A stretch of 64,000 nt of DNA from Candidatus Neomicrothrix sp. UBA2131 (lineage in GTDB: Bacteria; Actinomycetota; Acidimicrobiia; Acidimicrobiales; MedAcidi-G1): NCBI GenBank assembly GCA_002329075.1, contig DCXR01000074.1, positions 18,083 to 82,082 of the forward strand. The letters run 5' to 3'. Made by a program: the position numbers and the translations under genes. Numbering within the stretch: position 1 is the first letter of the stretch; every line of letters begins with the position of its first letter. Shown piece by piece: positions 43,660-56,624 of this stretch. The notes beneath the pieces are model-generated. The model did not search any database. It was not told the origin of the DNA and saw nothing but the letters and a program-made list of their open reading frames with translations.

Positions 43660-44964
43660 GTGCGCCCGGTGGACCGAGAACTGCTGCGACTGGCGATACC
43701 GGCGCTCGGAGCGCTGCTCGCCGAACCGCTCTACGTGCTGGCCGACACGGCGGTGGTCGGGCACCTGGGAACCTCGGAACTGGGCGGCCTGGCGGTCGCC
43801 TCGGCTGCGCTGCTGTTCGGCTACGGGCTGTGTGTGTTCCTCGCCTACGGCACGACGGCGGCGGTCGCCCGGCTGACCGGCGCCGGCCAGGACCGCAGGG
43901 CCGCCCACCAGGCGGTGCAGGGGCTCTGGCTGGCACTCGCGCTCGGCGTGGTCCTGGCGGTGCTCGGCGCTGTGTTCGCCGGTCCCCTCCTGCGCCTGCT
44001 GGGCGCCGGGGGCGAGGTGCTGGCCCAGGCGGACACCTACTTCCGGATCAGCCTGCTGGGAACACCGGCGATGCTGATGATGCTGGCCGGCGTCGGCTAC
44101 CTGCGGGGCGTCAAGGACACGGTCCGCCCGCTGTGGGTGGCGGCCGGCACGGCCGTCGTGAACCTGGTGCTCGAGGTGGTCCTCATCTACGGGTTCGACC
44201 AGGCCATCGGGGCTTCGGCAGCAGCGACGGTCGTGGCCCAGTGGCTGGGCGCCGGTTGCTACCTGGCGTGGATCGGCCGCGGGGTCCGTCGCCTCGACGT
44301 GTCGCTGGCACCCGACGTGCAGGTCATCGGGCGCATGCTCGTAGTGAGTGCCGAACTCATGGTCCGCAACCTCTCGACGACCGGCACGTTCCTGGTCGCT
44401 ACCGCGGCGGCGACCCGGATCGGCGTCGTGGACGTGGCCGCCCACCAGGTGGCGTTCCAGGCCTGGATAGTGCTGGCCCTGTCGATGGATGCCGTGGCGA
44501 TCGCAGCGCAGGCGATGGTCGGCAGCCTGCTGGGCGCCGACGACCCGGACGGTGCCCGTTCCGTGGGGAGGAGCGTCATCGGCTGGTCGATCGCCATCGG
44601 CGCCGTGCTGGGTGCTGTGATCGCCGCCTCGCACGGGGTGCTGGGCCGGGTCTTCTCGGCGGACGAGGCCGTGGTCACCCTGGCTGGCTTCCTGCTGCTG
44701 CACGTGGGGCTCATGGCGCCGCTCTCCGGGGTGGCGTTCGCCCTGGACGGCATCCTCATCGGCGCCGGCGACCAGCGGTTCCTGGCGTGGGCGATGGCCG
44801 GCGCTGCAGCGGTGGCGGTACCGGTGATGGTCGCGACCCGGCTCGCGGGCCTCGGAATCGGCCCGCTGTGGGCCGGGATCTGGGCCTTCATGGGCGTCCG
44901 GGGGATCAGCCTGTGGGCCCGCTTCCGCAGCGGTCGGTGGCAGGTGGTCGGCGCCGGAACCTGA
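43660..44964 (+). CDS. MATE-family efflux transporter (DinF-like)
   Basis: Trimmed to GTG 43660. It has about 12 TM segments and the typical opening LLRLAIPALGALLAEPLYVLADTAVVGHLG. Confidence 0.85.
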   Translation: MRPVDRELLRLAIPALGALLAEPLYVLADTAVVGHLGTSELGGLAVASAALLFGYGLCVFLAYGTTAAVARLTGAGQDRRAAHQAVQGLWLALALGVVLAVLGAVFAGPLLRLLGAGGEVLAQADTYFRISLLGTPAMLMMLAGVGYLRGVKDTVRPLWVAAGTAVVNLVLEVVLIYGFDQAIGASAAATVVAQWLGAGCYLAWIGRGVRRLDVSLAPDVQVIGRMLVVSAELMVRNLSTTGTFLVATAAATRIGVVDVAAHQVAFQAWIVLALSMDAVAIAAQAMVGSLLGADDPDGARSVGRSVIGWSIAIGAVLGAVIAASHGVLGRVFSADEAVVTLAGFLLLHVGLMAPLSGVAFALDGILIGAGDQRFLAWAMAGAAAVAVPVMVATRLAGLGIGPLWAGIWAFMGVRGISLWARFRSGRWQVVGAGT

Positions 44965-44977
44965 TCCGGCGACGGCG

Positions 44978-45763
44978 CTATGCGCCCAGCACCACCGAGG
45001 GGTCGGGGACGACATGGCGGGCCAGCCACTGGAAGGTCCGCCATCCGATGGTGCTGCACCCGAGGGTGCCGGCCACCACCTTGGCGGATTCGTCGGAGAT
45101 GGGCTGCGGGTCGATGGCCTTGACATGGACCTCGGCGACGCGTTCGGCCATGGCGAAAAGCCCGATCGCCTCCCCCGGTGATGCCCCACCGGCCAGGAGC
45201 CCGTGGTTGCGCAGAATGCACAGGCGTGTGGCGCCCATGGCCCTGGCAATCGCGCGTCCGCCGTCGAGCGTGGTGACCTCGAGGTCCTCGCCCCGGTAGA
45301 TCGACTGGTCGTAGACGAACACACACGACTCCTGGGAGATCGGCTGGAAGGGCCGCACGTTGGCCGACCACGGCGTCCCGAATGCGGTGTGGGTGTGTGC
45401 CGCCGAGACGAGGTCTGGGCGGGCGTCGAGGATCGGCCAGTGGATGTTGTGCGCGGCGTAGTTGATTCCGCCCCCGAAATGCCCTTCGACGACCGAGCCG
45501 TCGGGCCCGACCAGCGAGAGGTTGTCGACCGTGGCCGCCCAGAACGGGATGCCGTGGGCGAGCACCCAGAAGTGGTCGGACCGTTCGGGGTCGCGGGCTG
45601 AGATGTGGCCGTCGCCGAGTTGGCCCCAGCGCATCGCAGAGAAGATGCGGTAGCCGATGGCCACCTCCCACTTGTGCAACTGGCGCATCTCTACAGGGTC
45701 GGCGGGTACCGGTGGGTCGACCTCGTAGCCCATCTCGGGGTAGCGGTCCAGGTCGAGTGCCAT
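44978..45763 (-). CDS. Class II aldolase/adducin-domain protein
   Basis: 261 aa with His-rich metal-site blocks (AAHTHT, LRNHG). Confidence 0.75.
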   Translation of the reverse strand: MALDLDRYPEMGYEVDPPVPADPVEMRQLHKWEVAIGYRIFSAMRWGQLGDGHISARDPERSDHFWVLAHGIPFWAATVDNLSLVGPDGSVVEGHFGGGINYAAHNIHWPILDARPDLVSAAHTHTAFGTPWSANVRPFQPISQESCVFVYDQSIYRGEDLEVTTLDGGRAIARAMGATRLCILRNHGLLAGGASPGEAIGLFAMAERVAEVHVKAIDPQPISDESAKVVAGTLGCSTIGWRTFQWLARHVVPDPSVVLGA

Positions 45764-45795
45764 GGACGTACCTCTCCTTCCCCGTTTCTCCTCGT

Positions 45796-47235
45796 TCAGG
45801 CCTCGGCGGAGCGCCTGGCCAGCAGTTCGTTGACGATGCGGCCGTCGGCCTGGCCCCGGGTGGCCTTCATGACCTGGCCGACGAAGAAGCCGGCCTTCTT
45901 CTTGCGTTCCTTGTCGTCGCCGCCGACGAAGCCTGCCCAGTCGTCGGGGTGTTCGGCGATGAACCGGTCGACGAGGGCTTCGAGTTCCGAGGTGTCCATG
46001 GCCTCGAAGCCATGGGTGGAGGCGTGCGTGGCAGGGTCACCACCGGAGGCCACGAGGTCGGCGAGCACGCTCCTGGCCTGGGCGGCGGTGAGGTCACCGC
46101 CGGTCTCCATCGCCACGAGCGCAGCGAACGGGGCGGCGGTCAACTCGCCGACGCCGTCGGCGAGGTTGTTCGCTATATGGACCAGCACCCGCGCAGCATC
46201 GGCACCTGCGGCGATGGTGTCAACCGCCAGGTCGTCCATGCCCCGTTCGACCGTGAGCGCCGTGTCCGACGGCTCGACGCCGGCGGCGTCGGCCAGGCGC
46301 CGGCGACGCTCGCGGGGCAGCATCGGCAGGGCGGCACGGATCTCGGCGATCCACTCGTCGGAGGGCTCGACGGGAACGAGGTCGGGTTCTGGGAAGTAGC
46401 GGTAGTCGTAGGCCTCTTCCTTGGAGCGGAGCTTGTGGGTGCGTCCGTCGTCCTCGTTCCAGTGGCGGGTCTGCTGTTCGACCTTGTCTCCCGACTCGAT
46501 GAGGTCGACCTGTCGGCGGGCCTCGTACTCGATGGCCCGTCCCAGGGACCGCAGCGAGTTGATGTTCTTGACCTCGCAGCGGGTGCCGAGCCCGGCGGTG
46601 CCCTCCCGGCGCACCGAGATGTTGCAGTCGACCCGCATAGACCCCTCCTCCATCTTCCCGTCTGAGGCGCCGATGGCTACGAGGATGGCCCGCAGTTCGG
46701 ATACATACGCCCGTGCGTCCTCGGCGCAGCGCATGTCGGGGGCGCTGACGATCTCGATGAGCGGCACGCCCGACCGGTTGTAGTCGATGAGCGAGTGGCC
46801 GGCCTCGTGGATGCGGCCGCCACCACCCACGTGCGTGGACTTGCCGGTGTCCTCCTCGAGGTGGGCCCGCTCGATGCCGATACGGCGCCCGTCGGGGAGT
46901 TCGAGGCTGCCGACGCCGTTGATCGGCAGGTCGTACTGGGAGATCTGGAAGTCCTTGGGCATGTCCGGGTAGAAGTAGTTCTTGCGGGAGAACACGGACG
47001 GCTGGATCACGCATTCGAGGGCCAGGCCGACCCGGATGGCCAACTCGACGGCCTTTTCGTTGAGTACCGGAAGCGAGCCGGGCAGGCCCAGTGAGACGGG
47101 GTCGATGTTGGTGTTGGGCTCTCCGCCGAACCGGTTGAGTGCGGACGAGAACATCTTGGTGACGGTGGCCAGTTCGGCGTGGACCTCGAGGCCGATCACG
47201 ACCTCCCAGCCCGGGATGAGGGCCTGGTCGCTCAT
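45796..47235 (-). CDS. gatB: Asp-tRNA(Asn)/Glu-tRNA(Gln) amidotransferase subunit B
   Basis: 479 aa with GatB sequence throughout ([18 protein letters not shown]) and a C-terminal YqeY-like tail. Confidence 0.95.
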   Translation of the reverse strand: MSDQALIPGWEVVIGLEVHAELATVTKMFSSALNRFGGEPNTNIDPVSLGLPGSLPVLNEKAVELAIRVGLALECVIQPSVFSRKNYFYPDMPKDFQISQYDLPINGVGSLELPDGRRIGIERAHLEEDTGKSTHVGGGGRIHEAGHSLIDYNRSGVPLIEIVSAPDMRCAEDARAYVSELRAILVAIGASDGKMEEGSMRVDCNISVRREGTAGLGTRCEVKNINSLRSLGRAIEYEARRQVDLIESGDKVEQQTRHWNEDDGRTHKLRSKEEAYDYRYFPEPDLVPVEPSDEWIAEIRAALPMLPRERRRRLADAAGVEPSDTALTVERGMDDLAVDTIAAGADAARVLVHIANNLADGVGELTAAPFAALVAMETGGDLTAAQARSVLADLVASGGDPATHASTHGFEAMDTSELEALVDRFIAEHPDDWAGFVGGDDKERKKKAGFFVGQVMKATRGQADGRIVNELLARRSAEA

Positions 47236-48674
47236 GGAGTCGCCCCTTCCAGTACGGCCGCCGCCCGGAACATGGTGGCCTCGTCGAGGGCCGGTGCCAG
47301 GACCTGCACGCCGACGGGCAGGCCGTCGTCGCCGGTACCGAACGGCACCGACATGGACGGATGGCCGGCCAGGTTCGACGGGATCGTGCAGACGTCGGCG
47401 AGGTACATCATCATCGGGTCGTCGGTTCTTTCGCCCACGGGGAAAGCCGTGGTCGGGGCGGTCGGCGACAGCAGCAGGTCGAACGTCTCGTAGGCCCGGG
47501 CGAAATCGCGTTGGATCAGGGTGCGGACCTTCTGGGACCTCCCGTAGTAGGCGTCGTAGTAGCCGGCCGACAGGGCGTAGGTGCCGAGCATGATGCGGCG
47601 CTTCACCTCGTCGCCGAAGCCGGCGGTACGGGTGGCGGTGTTCATCTCGGGTGCGGTGTCGCCGTCGACCCGCAGGCCGAAGCGGACGCCGTCGAAGCGG
47701 GCCAGGTTCGACGAGGCCTCGGCGGGGGCGATCAGGTAGTAGGCGGACAGGCCGTAGATGGTCGACGGGACGGAGGCGTGTTCGACGGTGGCGCCGGCGG
47801 TCGCCAGCGCCTCGGCGGCCTGCTCGACCCTTGCCCGGACGTCGTCGGCGATGCCCTCGACGCTGGCCGCCCGGTCGGGGCCGCCCATGAGTTCCGAGAT
47901 GATGCCGATGCGGAGGCCTTCGACGCCCTGTCCGAGGACGCCGAGCAGGTCAGGGGACGCCTCGGGGATCGAGGTCGAGTCGCGGGGGTCGTGCCCGCCG
48001 ATGGCCTCGAGCAGCAGCGCCGCATCCTCGACGGTTGCGGCGAACGGGCCGATCTGGTCGAGGCTGGAACCGAAGGCCACGAGCCCGTAGCGGGAGACCC
48101 GGCCGTAGGTGGGCTTGACGCCGACCGTGCCGCAGAGTGCGGCAGGCTGGCGGATCGAGCCGCCCGTGTCGCTGCCGAGGGCCAGCGGTGCGAAGCCTGC
48201 GGCCACGGCGGCGGCAGATCCACCGGACGATCCGCCGGGTACCCGGCTGGTGTCGAGCGGGTTGAGCGTGGGTCCGAAGGCGGAGTTCTCGGTCGAACTG
48301 CCCATGGCGAACTCGTCGCAGTTGGTCTTGCCGATGACGACGGCACCGGCTTCGGCGAGGCGTTCGACGGCGGTGGCGTCGTAGGGCGGGCGCCAACCCT
48401 CGAGGATCCTCGAACCACACGTGGTGTCGATGCCGCGGGTGCAGAGGTTGTCCTTGAGGGCGACCGGCACGCCGGCCAGCGGGCCTGGGTCCCCACCGTC
48501 GGCGATGCGCCGGTCGAGTTCCTCGGCCCTGGCAAGGGACTCGTCGGCCAGCACCAGGTTGAAGGCGTGGATCTCGTCCTCGTGGGCGTCGATGGCGGCC
48601 AGGTGTTCCTCGACCACGGAGAGGGCGCTGCGCTCACCGGCCCTGACGGCGGCTGCGGTGGATCGGGCGCTCAC
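47232..48674 (-). CDS. gatA: Asp-tRNA(Asn)/Glu-tRNA(Gln) amidotransferase subunit A
   Basis: Amidase signature [12 protein letters not shown]...[12 protein letters not shown]. It has 4-nt overlaps with both gatC and gatB. Confidence 0.95.
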   Translation of the reverse strand: MSARSTAAAVRAGERSALSVVEEHLAAIDAHEDEIHAFNLVLADESLARAEELDRRIADGGDPGPLAGVPVALKDNLCTRGIDTTCGSRILEGWRPPYDATAVERLAEAGAVVIGKTNCDEFAMGSSTENSAFGPTLNPLDTSRVPGGSSGGSAAAVAAGFAPLALGSDTGGSIRQPAALCGTVGVKPTYGRVSRYGLVAFGSSLDQIGPFAATVEDAALLLEAIGGHDPRDSTSIPEASPDLLGVLGQGVEGLRIGIISELMGGPDRAASVEGIADDVRARVEQAAEALATAGATVEHASVPSTIYGLSAYYLIAPAEASSNLARFDGVRFGLRVDGDTAPEMNTATRTAGFGDEVKRRIMLGTYALSAGYYDAYYGRSQKVRTLIQRDFARAYETFDLLLSPTAPTTAFPVGERTDDPMMMYLADVCTIPSNLAGHPSMSVPFGTGDDGLPVGVQVLAPALDEATMFRAAAVLEGATP

Positions 48675-48985
48675 GGTGCCTCTCCGAGCACCGGCGGGAC
48701 CCGGAAGCGGCCATCCTCGACCGAAGGCGCTGCGGCGAGGACCTCTGCGCGGACGTCGTCGTTGCCGGGCTCGTCCGCCCGCAGCACGTTGACAAGGGGA
48801 AACGGGTTGGCCATCGGCGGTACATCGTCGAGGTCGAGGGCATCGAGGTCGGCTGCGTGGTCGAGAACGTCGGCCAACTGCCCTGTGAATGCATCGAGTT
48901 CGTCGTCGGTCAGCGCAAGGCGTGCCAGGTCCGCCACATGGGCGACGTCTTCCCGGCTGAGGCGCGGGTTCTCCGGCGAGGTCAC
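48671..48985 (-). CDS. gatC: Asp-tRNA(Asn)/Glu-tRNA(Gln) amidotransferase subunit C
   Basis: 104 aa with a GTG start. The GatC pattern is [24 protein letters not shown]. Confidence 0.9.
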   Translation of the reverse strand: MTSPENPRLSREDVAHVADLARLALTDDELDAFTGQLADVLDHAADLDALDLDDVPPMANPFPLVNVLRADEPGNDDVRAEVLAAAPSVEDGRFRVPPVLGEAP

Positions 48986-49015
48986 GGCAGTGAGGGTAGG
49001 GCCACGGTCGGCAAG

Positions 49016-50956
49016 TCAGTCGACCGGGTCGTCGGTGCTCTCCGAGCCGTCGACGGGCGGTTCGACGCCTTCGAGTACAAGGACGACCCGTTCGGTCGGT
49101 GATGCCTCCTCACCCGCTGTCGGAGTCTGCGAGGCGACCGTTCCGACGTTCTGTCCATCTGTCGAACCGACGGCCTCGATGATCTCGATGGTCCGGAAGC
49201 CGGCGGCGGCCAGCCGGGCCTCGGCGGCGACCAGTTCGCGGCCGACCACGTCGGGGACGGGTCGCGGGAGCGGCCCGATCGACACGACGACCTCGATTGC
49301 GGCCCCGAACGGCACCTCCTCGTCGGGGGCCGGGGTGAGCGAGACGACGGCGCCCGCCGCTACGAACTCGTCGTGGGCCTCGACGAGCGTCGCCTCGAGG
49401 CCGAGGGCGGTCAGGGCGGCCACGGCCTCCTCGGCGGAGCCCTCGACGAGGCCGACCGGCACGGTCCGCGGTGCAGCACCGGCGGAGACGATCAGGTCCA
49501 CGCCGTCGCCCCTGGGCAACTCGGTGACCACGGCAGCCACCTGGAGGACGATCCCCGCCTCGACCTCGTCGTCGTGGGCCTCGGCGACCGTGCCGACCGT
49601 CAGGTCGGCGGCCTCGAGCAGGCGGGTGGCCTCAGGGAGGCTCAGCCCCACGAGTCCGGTCGGTACGGCCACCCGGGTGGAACCGAGAGAGACGACGAGG
49701 ACGACCGTTCCGCCCTCCTCGAGTTCCGCGCCCCTGTCTGGTTCGGTGGCGATCACCTTGCCCTCGAGGGTGCCGTCCCTTCGTTCGTAGCGGAGTTCCA
49801 CCACCCAGCCGGCCTCCTCGATCGAGGCGACAGCATCCGCCTCGTCGACACCCCTCAGGAGCGGCACCAGGGCTGTCGAGTCCTGGTTTCCCTGCCAGAG
49901 TGCTGCGCCTCCGAGGGCGGCGCCGACCACCATCAGGCCGGCCACCAGCACCCACGGAGCGCGCCGGCTCGGGCCGACGACCCTTTCCGGCCTGGCTTCT
50001 GCCGGCGCCCTGGTCCTGGGGACGACCGGGACCTCGCCCGACAGCGGGGCGACACCGATCTCTCCCGGGCCGACCAGCGGGAGGGGCTCGGGCCGCAACA
50101 GCCCGGTCGATGCATCGAGGAGCAGTCGGCCGAACTCGCCGGCAGTGGGACGACGGTTCGGGTCGACGACCCCGGCCCGGGCAACGGCAGGACCCAGAGG
50201 CCCCAGGGACGCCGGCACGGGTACGTCCCGGCGGCGGCGGGCCCGCAACGTGCCGACCAGGGTGTCCTCGACGAACGGCAGGTGGCCGGTCACGGACTCG
50301 ACGAGCACCAGTGCCAGCGCGTAGACGTCGGAGCGGCCGTCCAGCGGCTGCCCCTTGGCCTGTTCGGGCGACGCAAAGCGGGCGGTGCCGACGATGCCCT
50401 CCACGAAGATGTCGGTACGTGACGTCTCGGCCAGCGCACCCGCCAGGCCGAAGTCCGAAATCTTGAGGTGGCCGTCCTGGCTGAACAGCAGGTTGGCCGG
50501 CTTGAGGTCCCGGTGCACGACGCCCATCTGGTGGGCGTGGTCCAGCGCCCGGCACACCTCGAGGCCGACGACCAGGGCCTGTGAGTGCGACAGGGTCCTG
50601 CCCGTGGCGAGGAGGCTGCGGAGGCTGCCGCCGGCGAGGTACTCGGTGACGAGGTAGGCCGAGCCGTCGACGCCCCAGTCGTAGACGGTGAGGATGTTGG
50701 GGTGCTGGAGGCCGGCGGCGATGCGGGCCTCTTCGCCGAGCTTGTCGACAAACATCGGATCGCCGGCGAGGGCCTCGTGGAGTACCTTGACGGCGACGTG
50801 ACGACCCAGGTCCAGGTCGTCGGCAGCGTAGACCGTGCCGGAGGCTCCGGTGCCGATCGCCCGCCCGAGGGCGTACCGGCCACCGAGTACGCGTGCGGGG
50901 GGCTGGTCAGGTCCCGGCCCCGCCGGTCCGGACTCCCGTGGGGATCCGTCGGTCAC
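49016..50956 (-). CDS. Ser/Thr protein kinase with four extracellular PASTA repeats (PknB-like)
   Basis: GTG start. Kinase motifs are [30 protein letters not shown] and SPEQ. One TM helix follows ([20 protein letters not shown]), then four roughly 65-aa repeats, each beginning VP..(L/V)(V/R)G. Confidence 0.9.
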   Translation of the reverse strand: MTDGSPRESGPAGPGPDQPPARVLGGRYALGRAIGTGASGTVYAADDLDLGRHVAVKVLHEALAGDPMFVDKLGEEARIAAGLQHPNILTVYDWGVDGSAYLVTEYLAGGSLRSLLATGRTLSHSQALVVGLEVCRALDHAHQMGVVHRDLKPANLLFSQDGHLKISDFGLAGALAETSRTDIFVEGIVGTARFASPEQAKGQPLDGRSDVYALALVLVESVTGHLPFVEDTLVGTLRARRRRDVPVPASLGPLGPAVARAGVVDPNRRPTAGEFGRLLLDASTGLLRPEPLPLVGPGEIGVAPLSGEVPVVPRTRAPAEARPERVVGPSRRAPWVLVAGLMVVGAALGGAALWQGNQDSTALVPLLRGVDEADAVASIEEAGWVVELRYERRDGTLEGKVIATEPDRGAELEEGGTVVLVVSLGSTRVAVPTGLVGLSLPEATRLLEAADLTVGTVAEAHDDEVEAGIVLQVAAVVTELPRGDGVDLIVSAGAAPRTVPVGLVEGSAEEAVAALTALGLEATLVEAHDEFVAAGAVVSLTPAPDEEVPFGAAIEVVVSIGPLPRPVPDVVGRELVAAEARLAAAGFRTIEIIEAVGSTDGQNVGTVASQTPTAGEEASPTERVVLVLEGVEPPVDGSESTDDPVD

Positions 50957-50985
50957 GGCAGCGAGGCTAGCCCCTGCCCCGACGG

Positions 50986-51420
50986 GTGCTCGCTAGCCTG
51001 CGCCGGGTGAACCGTCGGAACGCCCTCGTCATCAGCGTGCTGTTCGCACTGGGGGCCGGTGCCCTGGCGGCTGCTGTGCTGGTGGCCGGCAGCGATGGCG
51101 GCGATGTCGAGGTCGATTCGAACCCGGCGGTGCGCGAGTTGCTGCCGCCGCGCAACGACTCCGTCCTGCCGCAGTCCAATGTGGGGGCGATCCTGTCGGC
51201 CGGCTGGTCCGGCGAGATCCTCCACATCGGCGGCACGATCATCCCACTCGACCAGCAGCGGCTCGAGCCGGCGCTCAACTCGGTGGTCTTCCGGCCCGGC
51301 GACGGGCGGGCGCTGCGGCGCCTGCCGCCCGGTGACCTGTGCGCCACGGTGCGCTACTGGCCGACCCGCACCCCGGACCGGACGGCGACGATCGACTGGT
51401 GCTTCCGCGTCGACAGCTGA
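50986..51420 (+). CDS. Hypothetical membrane-anchored protein (144 aa)
   Basis: N-terminal basic patch plus a TM helix (RRNALVISVLFALGAGALAAAVLVA), good GC3 bias, and no family recognised. The start is uncertain (GTG 50986 or 51007). Confidence 0.55.
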   Translation: MLASLRRVNRRNALVISVLFALGAGALAAAVLVAGSDGGDVEVDSNPAVRELLPPRNDSVLPQSNVGAILSAGWSGEILHIGGTIIPLDQQRLEPALNSVVFRPGDGRALRRLPPGDLCATVRYWPTRTPDRTATIDWCFRVDS

Positions 51421-51424
51421 GGCG

Positions 51425-53485
<2,061 letters not shown>

Positions 53486-53546
53486 TCAAGTCTACCGGCG
53501 GCCCCATCGCTGCTCGGGAAGCACGTGGTCCCCCTAGCGTTGGGTC

Positions 53547-54413
53547 GTGCAGCGAGATCGGATCCCCGTCTGGGCCCTGCGCGCCGTCTGGCTGGCGCAG
53601 CCCGTGACGCTGGGGCCGGCACTGGCCGACGGGCTCCACGACCTCGACGGCCGCACGTTCCTCTCGGTGGCCGTGTGGGTGCTCTGGGGGCTGGGCCTGC
53701 TGGCGACGCTGGTCCCACGCCCGGCCACCCTGACCGCCATCCGCATCGGCGGCCCGGCGGCGGCGGCACTCTCGGTGTGGACGGCGACCGCCGTCGACGA
53801 CACGACCCTCGTGGTGGTCGGCCTGGTCGGCGCCTTCGTGCTCGGCGTGCTCTCCCACTGGCCGGCGGTCGCCGACGCCTGCGTCGACGGCGCCTCGTAC
53901 GGTGACGAGAACCGCTTCCTGCTGCGGGCCCCCGGCCCGGTGGTGCTGGCCCTCGGCCCGATCGCCTGGGTACTGGCCGTGGCCGGGGTGGTTGCCGGGC
54001 CGCTGCTGCTGGCCTCGGGCGACACGGCCGTCGGATCCGCTGCCTGCGTGGCGGGGCTGCCGGTCGCCGCCGCCTCGGTGCGGGCGCTACACCACCTGCA
54101 CCGGCGTTGGATCGTGCTGGTGCCCGCCGGGTTCGTGCTCCACGACCACCTGGCGCTGGCCGATCCCACGCTGGTTCCCCGCGACGCGATCGCCATGGTG
54201 GGTCCGGCCCCCGCCGGCACCGACGCCCACGACCTCACCCTGGCCGCCCGCGGGTTGGCGCTCGAGGTGCGCTGCCGGGAGGCCCACGACCTACGACCCG
54301 CCAGCCGCGACGGTGGTGCAGAGGTGATCGTGGCCGAGGCGTTCCTGTGTGCCCCGGCCCGCCCCGATGCCGTCCTGGCCGAGGCGAAGCGCCGCCGACT
54401 GCCGGGCGTCTAG
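53547..54413 (+). CDS. Hypothetical integral membrane protein (288 aa)
   Basis: GTG start. It has several TM segments in the first 190 aa and then a soluble tail. No family recognised. Confidence 0.55.
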   Translation: MQRDRIPVWALRAVWLAQPVTLGPALADGLHDLDGRTFLSVAVWVLWGLGLLATLVPRPATLTAIRIGGPAAAALSVWTATAVDDTTLVVVGLVGAFVLGVLSHWPAVADACVDGASYGDENRFLLRAPGPVVLALGPIAWVLAVAGVVAGPLLLASGDTAVGSAACVAGLPVAAASVRALHHLHRRWIVLVPAGFVLHDHLALADPTLVPRDAIAMVGPAPAGTDAHDLTLAARGLALEVRCREAHDLRPASRDGGAEVIVAEAFLCAPARPDAVLAEAKRRRLPGV

Positions 54414-55444
54414 GTGGCGACGGCGCCGCCGAGGACTTCTTCGCCTTCGTAGAACACGACGCTCTGGCCGGGGGCCACCCGGCGGTGGGGCGAGGACCAG
54501 CGGACGCTGTCGGCCACCAACTGTGCCTCGACCGCTGCGCCGTGGGCACTGACCTGTGCGAACACCGGGCCGGTGACCGGGCCGTCTGCCCATGAGAACC
54601 CGCCGACCGGGGTGGCGTCGACCAGCAGGTCGTCGGCGTTGCCGACGGTGACGGTGGCCGTGGGCATGTCGACGGCGATGGCGTAGCGGGGGGCAGCGGC
54701 GCCGGCCAGTTCCATGCCCCTGCGCTGTCCGACGGTGACCAACTCGATGGCGTCGACCCGTCCCACCTCGGTGCCGGTGGCGTCGACCACCCGGCCCGGC
54801 GTGAGCGGGATGCGTCGGGAGAGGAAGTCGCCGCGGCCGTGCTCCCTGGTGATGAAGCAGACGTCCTGGCTGTCGGGCTTTCCGGCGGTGCGTAGGCCGA
54901 GCGAGGTGGCCCGTTGTCGCACCTCGTCCTTGGTGAGGTCGCCGATGGGCAACTCCAGGCCCGACAGTTGGTCCTGGCCGAGCATGTGCAGCACGTACGA
55001 CTGGTCCTTGGCCGGATCGGCGGGCCGGGCGATCCGGCGGGTGCCGTCGGGGCGGACGGCCACGCGGGCGTGGTGTCCGGTGGCCAGTCGCTCGAACCCG
55101 AGCGCCCGTGTCCGGTCGAGCAGTCGGTCGAACTTGACGTGTCGGTTGCACTCGATGCACGGGTTGGGGGTGAGCCCGACGGCATGGGCGGAGACATAGG
55201 GGGCGACCACGTGGCGGTCGAAGTCATCGCCCAGGTTGAACACGTGGTGCTCGATGCCGAGGGCGTCGCAGACCCGGCGGGCGTCGTCCACGTCGGAGAC
55301 GGCACAGCAGCCCGAGTCGGACTCGCCACCCCAGAGCCGCAGGGTCACGCCGACGACCTCGCTGCCCTCCGCCAGCAGCAGGGCGGCGGCCACCGAGGAG
55401 TCGACGCCGCCTGACATGGCGACCATCACCGGCGGGGCGCTCAC
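54410..55444 (-). CDS. mnmA: tRNA 2-thiouridine(34) synthase
   Basis: Trimmed to GTG 55442-55444, overlapping the desulfurase stop (GTGA). It has the PP-loop VAMSGGVDSS and the catalytic Cys region NPCIECN. Confidence 0.9.
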   Translation of the reverse strand: MSAPPVMVAMSGGVDSSVAAALLLAEGSEVVGVTLRLWGGESDSGCCAVSDVDDARRVCDALGIEHHVFNLGDDFDRHVVAPYVSAHAVGLTPNPCIECNRHVKFDRLLDRTRALGFERLATGHHARVAVRPDGTRRIARPADPAKDQSYVLHMLGQDQLSGLELPIGDLTKDEVRQRATSLGLRTAGKPDSQDVCFITREHGRGDFLSRRIPLTPGRVVDATGTEVGRVDAIELVTVGQRRGMELAGAAAPRYAIAVDMPTATVTVGNADDLLVDATPVGGFSWADGPVTGPVFAQVSAHGAAVEAQLVADSVRWSSPHRRVAPGQSVVFYEGEEVLGGAVAT

Positions 55445-56577
55445 CGTGTGTGCTCCAGCAGGTGGGCCACGGCGGCCGGGACGGCGGCGAGGGCGTGGTC
55501 GACCTCGGCGTCGGTGGTGGCGTGGCCCAACGACAGGCGCAGTGAGCCGACGGCGTCGTCGCGGTCGACACCCATGGCGGCCAGCACGTGTGAGGGCTCC
55601 TGGGCGCCGCTGGCGCACGACGAGGCGGCGCTGGCGCTGATGCCGTCGCGCTCGAGCAGGAACAGCAGCGCCTCGCTCTCGATGCCGGGGAAGCACACGT
55701 GGGCGATGCCCGGCGTCCTCGGCACGTCGTCGGGGACGGTGCGGCGGGCGGTGGGCACCGCTGACAGCAGGCCCGCCTCGAGTCGGTCGCGCAGTGCGCC
55801 GACCCGGGCGGCGGTGGCCTCCCGGTCGGCGGTGACGAGCGTGGCCGCCATGCCGAGGCCGACGATGGCCGGGACGTTCTGCGTACCGCTGCGACGCTCG
55901 CGCTCCTGGCCGCCGCCGCGCAGCATCGGGGCGACGGTGGCACCACCGCGCAGCACCAGGGCACCCGCTCCCTTGGGTCCGCCGAACTTGTGGCCGGTGA
56001 TGCTCACGAGGTGTGCCCCCCGGCAGGCGTCGGAGAGGTCCAGCCAGGCGGTGGCCTGCACGGCGTCGGTGTGCACCAGCGCCTCCGGGGCGTGCCCGGC
56101 GACGAGTGCCGCCACCTCCGGCACCGGATTGACCACGCCGGTCTCGTTGTTGGCGGCCATCACGGAGACCAGCCTCACGTCGGCGATGGCGTCGAGGGCG
56201 TCGACCAGGGCGCCGAGGTCGATCCGACCGCCGACGTCGGTCGGCACCACCACGCCTCCCGAGAGGCGCACCGGGTCGAGGACGGCCGGGTGCTCGGTGG
56301 CCCCGCACACGGCGACCCCGCCGCGGGCCCCGAGGACCCCGTCGACCGCCAGGTTGTCGGCCTCGGTGCCGCCACTGGTGAACACCACGTCGCCGGGATC
56401 GGCGTCGATCAGGGCGGCCACGGCGTCACGGGCGTCGTCGATCGCCCGGCGGGCCTCACGGGCGAGGCGGTGCGACCCGGACGGGTTGCCGGGGTGCTCG
56501 GCCAGCCAGGGCAGCATCGCCTCGACCACCTCTGGCCGGGCGGGCGTGCTGGCGGCATGGTCCAGGTAGGCCTCCAC
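55441..56577 (-). CDS. Cysteine desulfurase (class V aminotransferase, IscS/NifS-like)
   Basis: 378 aa with a GTG start. It has the PLP-Lys motif SITGHKFGGPKG and the active-site loop SASAASSCASG. Confidence 0.9.
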   Translation of the reverse strand: MEAYLDHAASTPARPEVVEAMLPWLAEHPGNPSGSHRLAREARRAIDDARDAVAALIDADPGDVVFTSGGTEADNLAVDGVLGARGGVAVCGATEHPAVLDPVRLSGGVVVPTDVGGRIDLGALVDALDAIADVRLVSVMAANNETGVVNPVPEVAALVAGHAPEALVHTDAVQATAWLDLSDACRGAHLVSITGHKFGGPKGAGALVLRGGATVAPMLRGGGQERERRSGTQNVPAIVGLGMAATLVTADREATAARVGALRDRLEAGLLSAVPTARRTVPDDVPRTPGIAHVCFPGIESEALLFLLERDGISASAASSCASGAQEPSHVLAAMGVDRDDAVGSLRLSLGHATTDAEVDHALAAVPAAVAHLLEHTR

Positions 56578-56624
56578 GCGAATAACGCTACGGGCAACGG
56601 ACGTCGCTGGGCCAGACTGCGGAC

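Noticed and set aside
47361-49790. 809-aa plus-strand ORF, and similar long ORFs (3584..5452 +, 23453..25858 -, 43612..45324 -, 19688..21457 -, 10427..11050 + extension)
   Set aside because: All lie antisense to or out of frame with genes that have clear family signatures (gatA/gatC/kinase, ACAD/ipdC, GDH/SDR, MATE, CoA-transferase/NUDIX). Their sequences are Arg/Pro/Gly-rich and lack motifs.
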